Below, one piece after another: positions 61,361 to 64,000 of a DNA stretch of 64,000 nucleotides. Source of the stretch: Cyanophora paradoxa CCMP329 (taxonomy: Eukaryota > Plantae > Glaucophyta); assembly GCA_004431415.1 (NCBI GenBank), contig QPMI01000625.1, positions 65,999-129,998 of the forward strand, written 5' to 3'. The notes below the pieces were generated by a model. The model saw nothing but the letters and a program-made list of their open reading frames with translations, ran no database searches and was not told the DNA's origin. The position numbers and the translations under genes are program-made. Positions within the stretch are counted from its first letter, which is position 1; each line of letters opens with the position of its first letter.

Positions 61361-63212
61361 CTGGACAAATGAGAAATGGGGCTTGATTCTGCGCCCTCAT
61401 GGGCTGTTGAATTTCGAGTGCAAGCTCGACATTGAGTTCAGGTCCGCAGAGATCCACTGCAGTGGAGTTCCATTTCCATTCGCGGCACACAACATTGCCG
61501 ACTATTCCGGGACGTGGTATCGGCAGGCTGCGTGGAAGGTGAGCACATGTCTATGAATCTATGATGACCTGCGTTACGCTTACAGGTTCACGCAAAGCTC
61601 GTGACTGTGCCGCCTGGCTTACATGTCGTACTGGCATTGCCTCTGAGTCACTGGCATGTTCGCGATTGACTGTTTCGAGAATTATCTCAATGACGGGGTG
61701 CAAATTTGAAAAATATTTTTGTACCTGCTCTCTTTGCTCTGCTGCGCTGCACACGGGCAGCATTTGATGTAACAGATGTAGGGATGCGGCAGCAACGTTG
61801 ACTTTGATGGTTGTTCGCGTTCTAAAACCGAGTTAAGAGTATAGAGTTATGCAATTAACTTACATAATATGTATACCCTTTTCTGTTGCAGGAACCCTCG
61901 GAATTGTCATGTCTTCACGCGTAGATCGATTTTCAATGTCTACATTTCTCGATCAATGTGAACACGCGGTGGTGATAGAGTGCGTGCACGACGTCTGCGT
62001 GCCATCAAATCTGCGTCATGTTCCGATGGTTCTTCTGCATTGGCTCCGGTCTGCGATCATCTCTGACTGGCTCCGTGATGGCCATGGGATGGGCACGGTT
62101 CGACACATGCGCTTGTAAATTTTCAGTAATTTGTGCTCGTGGTTATTTAGAAGAATTTCAATGCGCACTTGCAGAGGTGGAATTATGACCATATAGACGA
62201 AGAGACAGAGCAACAATATTCCGACTGCAGCCGGTAATGTCCAGTGAGGTGCTGGGTCTGGATATGCTCAACATACGGCGCATCCGCAGGAGGGCAAATG
62301 CAAGATTTTCTGATTCCCTGACAGCGTCAATGTAATCCATATGCCAGTAATGGATGGAGAAAATAACAGAGCTGCTGTACACCGCACTGGAAATTGTGAC
62401 AACGACGCAAGATTCGTTATTTACAATCGCGTTGTTAGACTGCAGATATATGCGTACATATTGACATCCGCGATCGCATTGTTTAATCATGTGCAGTATC
62501 GTTCATGACGACGGGCGTTTATAATTACGGCACGCAATTCTGGAGTAAATACGTCTCAGACAGCGTTTATGAATGTCCGTATTACCGCTTTTATATTCTT
62601 ACCTCGATAAAGACGGTTTCTTTTGCGGACGTGACGAATACATGTCGAGTAAAAGTGTCAATGCAAGTCCCAAATCTGCGTCTGTCGCCACGGAAATAGT
62701 GCCGGTGTCTGATAAGACAAACGAATCGGTTTCTTGAGATGCCATTGCAGTATCGCTTGAACAGCATGATACCAATTCCTGCACTGACGTCTGTAACGTA
62801 ATCATGTTCATAAATGCGAGATTAAATGCCTGATATAATTGTTGTGCAGGTGATAATGAACGGAGAGTTGCATATAATCGAGACGTGAATTATGGTTGTT
62901 ATTGCGGTTGCATATACTGGAATTCCCGATAGTTGTCCGTTTCCATCATCGTGCGGAATTTGGGAAGTGAAAATGAGAAGCGATGTATTCTTCGCAGTTC
63001 TCTTTTTTTTCAAAGCTATGCAACTGCCTCTGTTGCAAATATTTATGTATTCGAGTTCAAGACTGCCAATATCAGTCGCTAAATCCGCGTACCAAGAACT
63101 GCAAATATCAGAATAACCAGTTCGGTACCGTACAGAAATTGTAGAGATGAGTGCCCATTAAGTTCATGTCTGTGATCGACTGGGTTCAAAAACCGTATTG
63201 CGAGTAATGTAT

Positions 63213-63735
63213 GCGGGTATTATAATTATACGGCACTTTCTACCATGCCGTGCAGCATCAATACCCGCGAGGCTCACCTTTTAGCACGTTCAATCCACTC
63301 GCGGATGACGACAGGGAGAGAGGAATTGCTGATGCGGCGCATGAAGTCTCCGATGCGCGTGGTCCGAGCCGCACGACAGCCGCTGCGGCTGCGGAGTTGC
63401 ATTTAACGCCCAGCATGTGATGCATTTCGAGCCAGGTTGATCGCCTGCTCGCATGCGGCGCGGCGTGGGCGCGCGGAAAGATGTCCGGGTCGGTACAGGA
63501 GCGGGTTTATTATAATTATACGGCACTTTCTACCATGCCGTGCAGCATCAATACCCGCGAGGCTGACCTTTTAGCACGTTCGATCGACTCGCGGATGACG
63601 ACAGGGAGAGAGGAATTGCTGATGCGGCGCATGAAGTCTCCGATGGGCCTCGTCGGAGCCCCACGACAGCCGCTGCGGCAGTTGGATTTAACGCCCAGCA
63701 TGTGACGCATTTCGAGCCAGGTTTATCGCCTGCTG
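63213..63735. repeat. Direct repeat, two copies of ~235 bp with ~290-bp period
   Basis: gcggg...tattataattatacggcactttctaccatgccg... at 63213 and 63501. Confidence 0.92.
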
Positions 63736-64000
63736 CAGTCGCGGACGAGGACACGCAGGGGGAGACGGGCGGTGCGGTGCTTGTATCTGCTGTCGGTGGT
63801 GTTCGGCGAGGTGGCAGGCACGGGCCCGCATCTTAAATAGCAGCAATCCTCACCTTCTAGCAGACTCCATGCACGGGCAGAGCGCGACAGTGAGCATGAG
63901 ACGGGGCAGTGGTGCACGTCTGTTGCGGCGCTGGCATGTCGTTCCGGCGTACTTGCTGCGGCGCCACCTGCAGCCACGGATGACGAGAGGCAGCACGGCA

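Larger units (their letters stand above)
50075..64000 (-). mobile_element. Large Helitron2-like rolling-circle element; 5' end not identified (probably beyond the window)
   Basis: 3' end with hairpin and CTTG at 50075-50095, RepHel gene, and upstream AT-richer cargo region. Inclusion of 60100-64000 is inferred. Confidence 0.75.

Noticed and set aside
1-64000. tRNA or rRNA genes
   Set aside because: None recognised by eye; the only rRNA-related sequences are the short antisense snoRNA guides.

Overview
Eukaryotic, GC-rich, intron-dense genomic DNA. Introns are mostly about 50-70 nt and many have GC donors. The style fits a protist or alga such as a glaucophyte, but the taxon is a guess. Host genes: a NACHT-pentapeptide-WD40 (NLR-like) gene; a 5'-truncated P2B Ca2+-ATPase abutting a 5'-truncated histidine-phosphatase gene; cyclin L and eIF2-gamma head-to-head; an unknown membrane protein; a BTB-DUSP gene; RPS4; a USP48-like fragment; and Arl8. 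Five box C/D snoRNAs with shuffled guides lie in eIF2-gamma introns. Mobile DNA: (1) a degenerate L1/Tx1-type retrotransposon between two identical 23-bp motifs; (2) a dispersed family with CAGGG-type ends, one copy leading into a USP deubiquitinase and another into a tandem array of giant-virus-like PD-(D/E)XK nuclease genes; (3) a large Helitron2-like element (RepHel, asymmetric inverted repeat plus hairpin, sitting in (TA)n), with a non-autonomous sister copy and an intron-retaining G3BP-like NTF2 domain upstream. Intergenic DNA is a patchwork of a ~34-nt motif, short copies of neighbouring exons, and palindromic micro-insertions. All calls come from reading the sequence by eye; no database searches were run.
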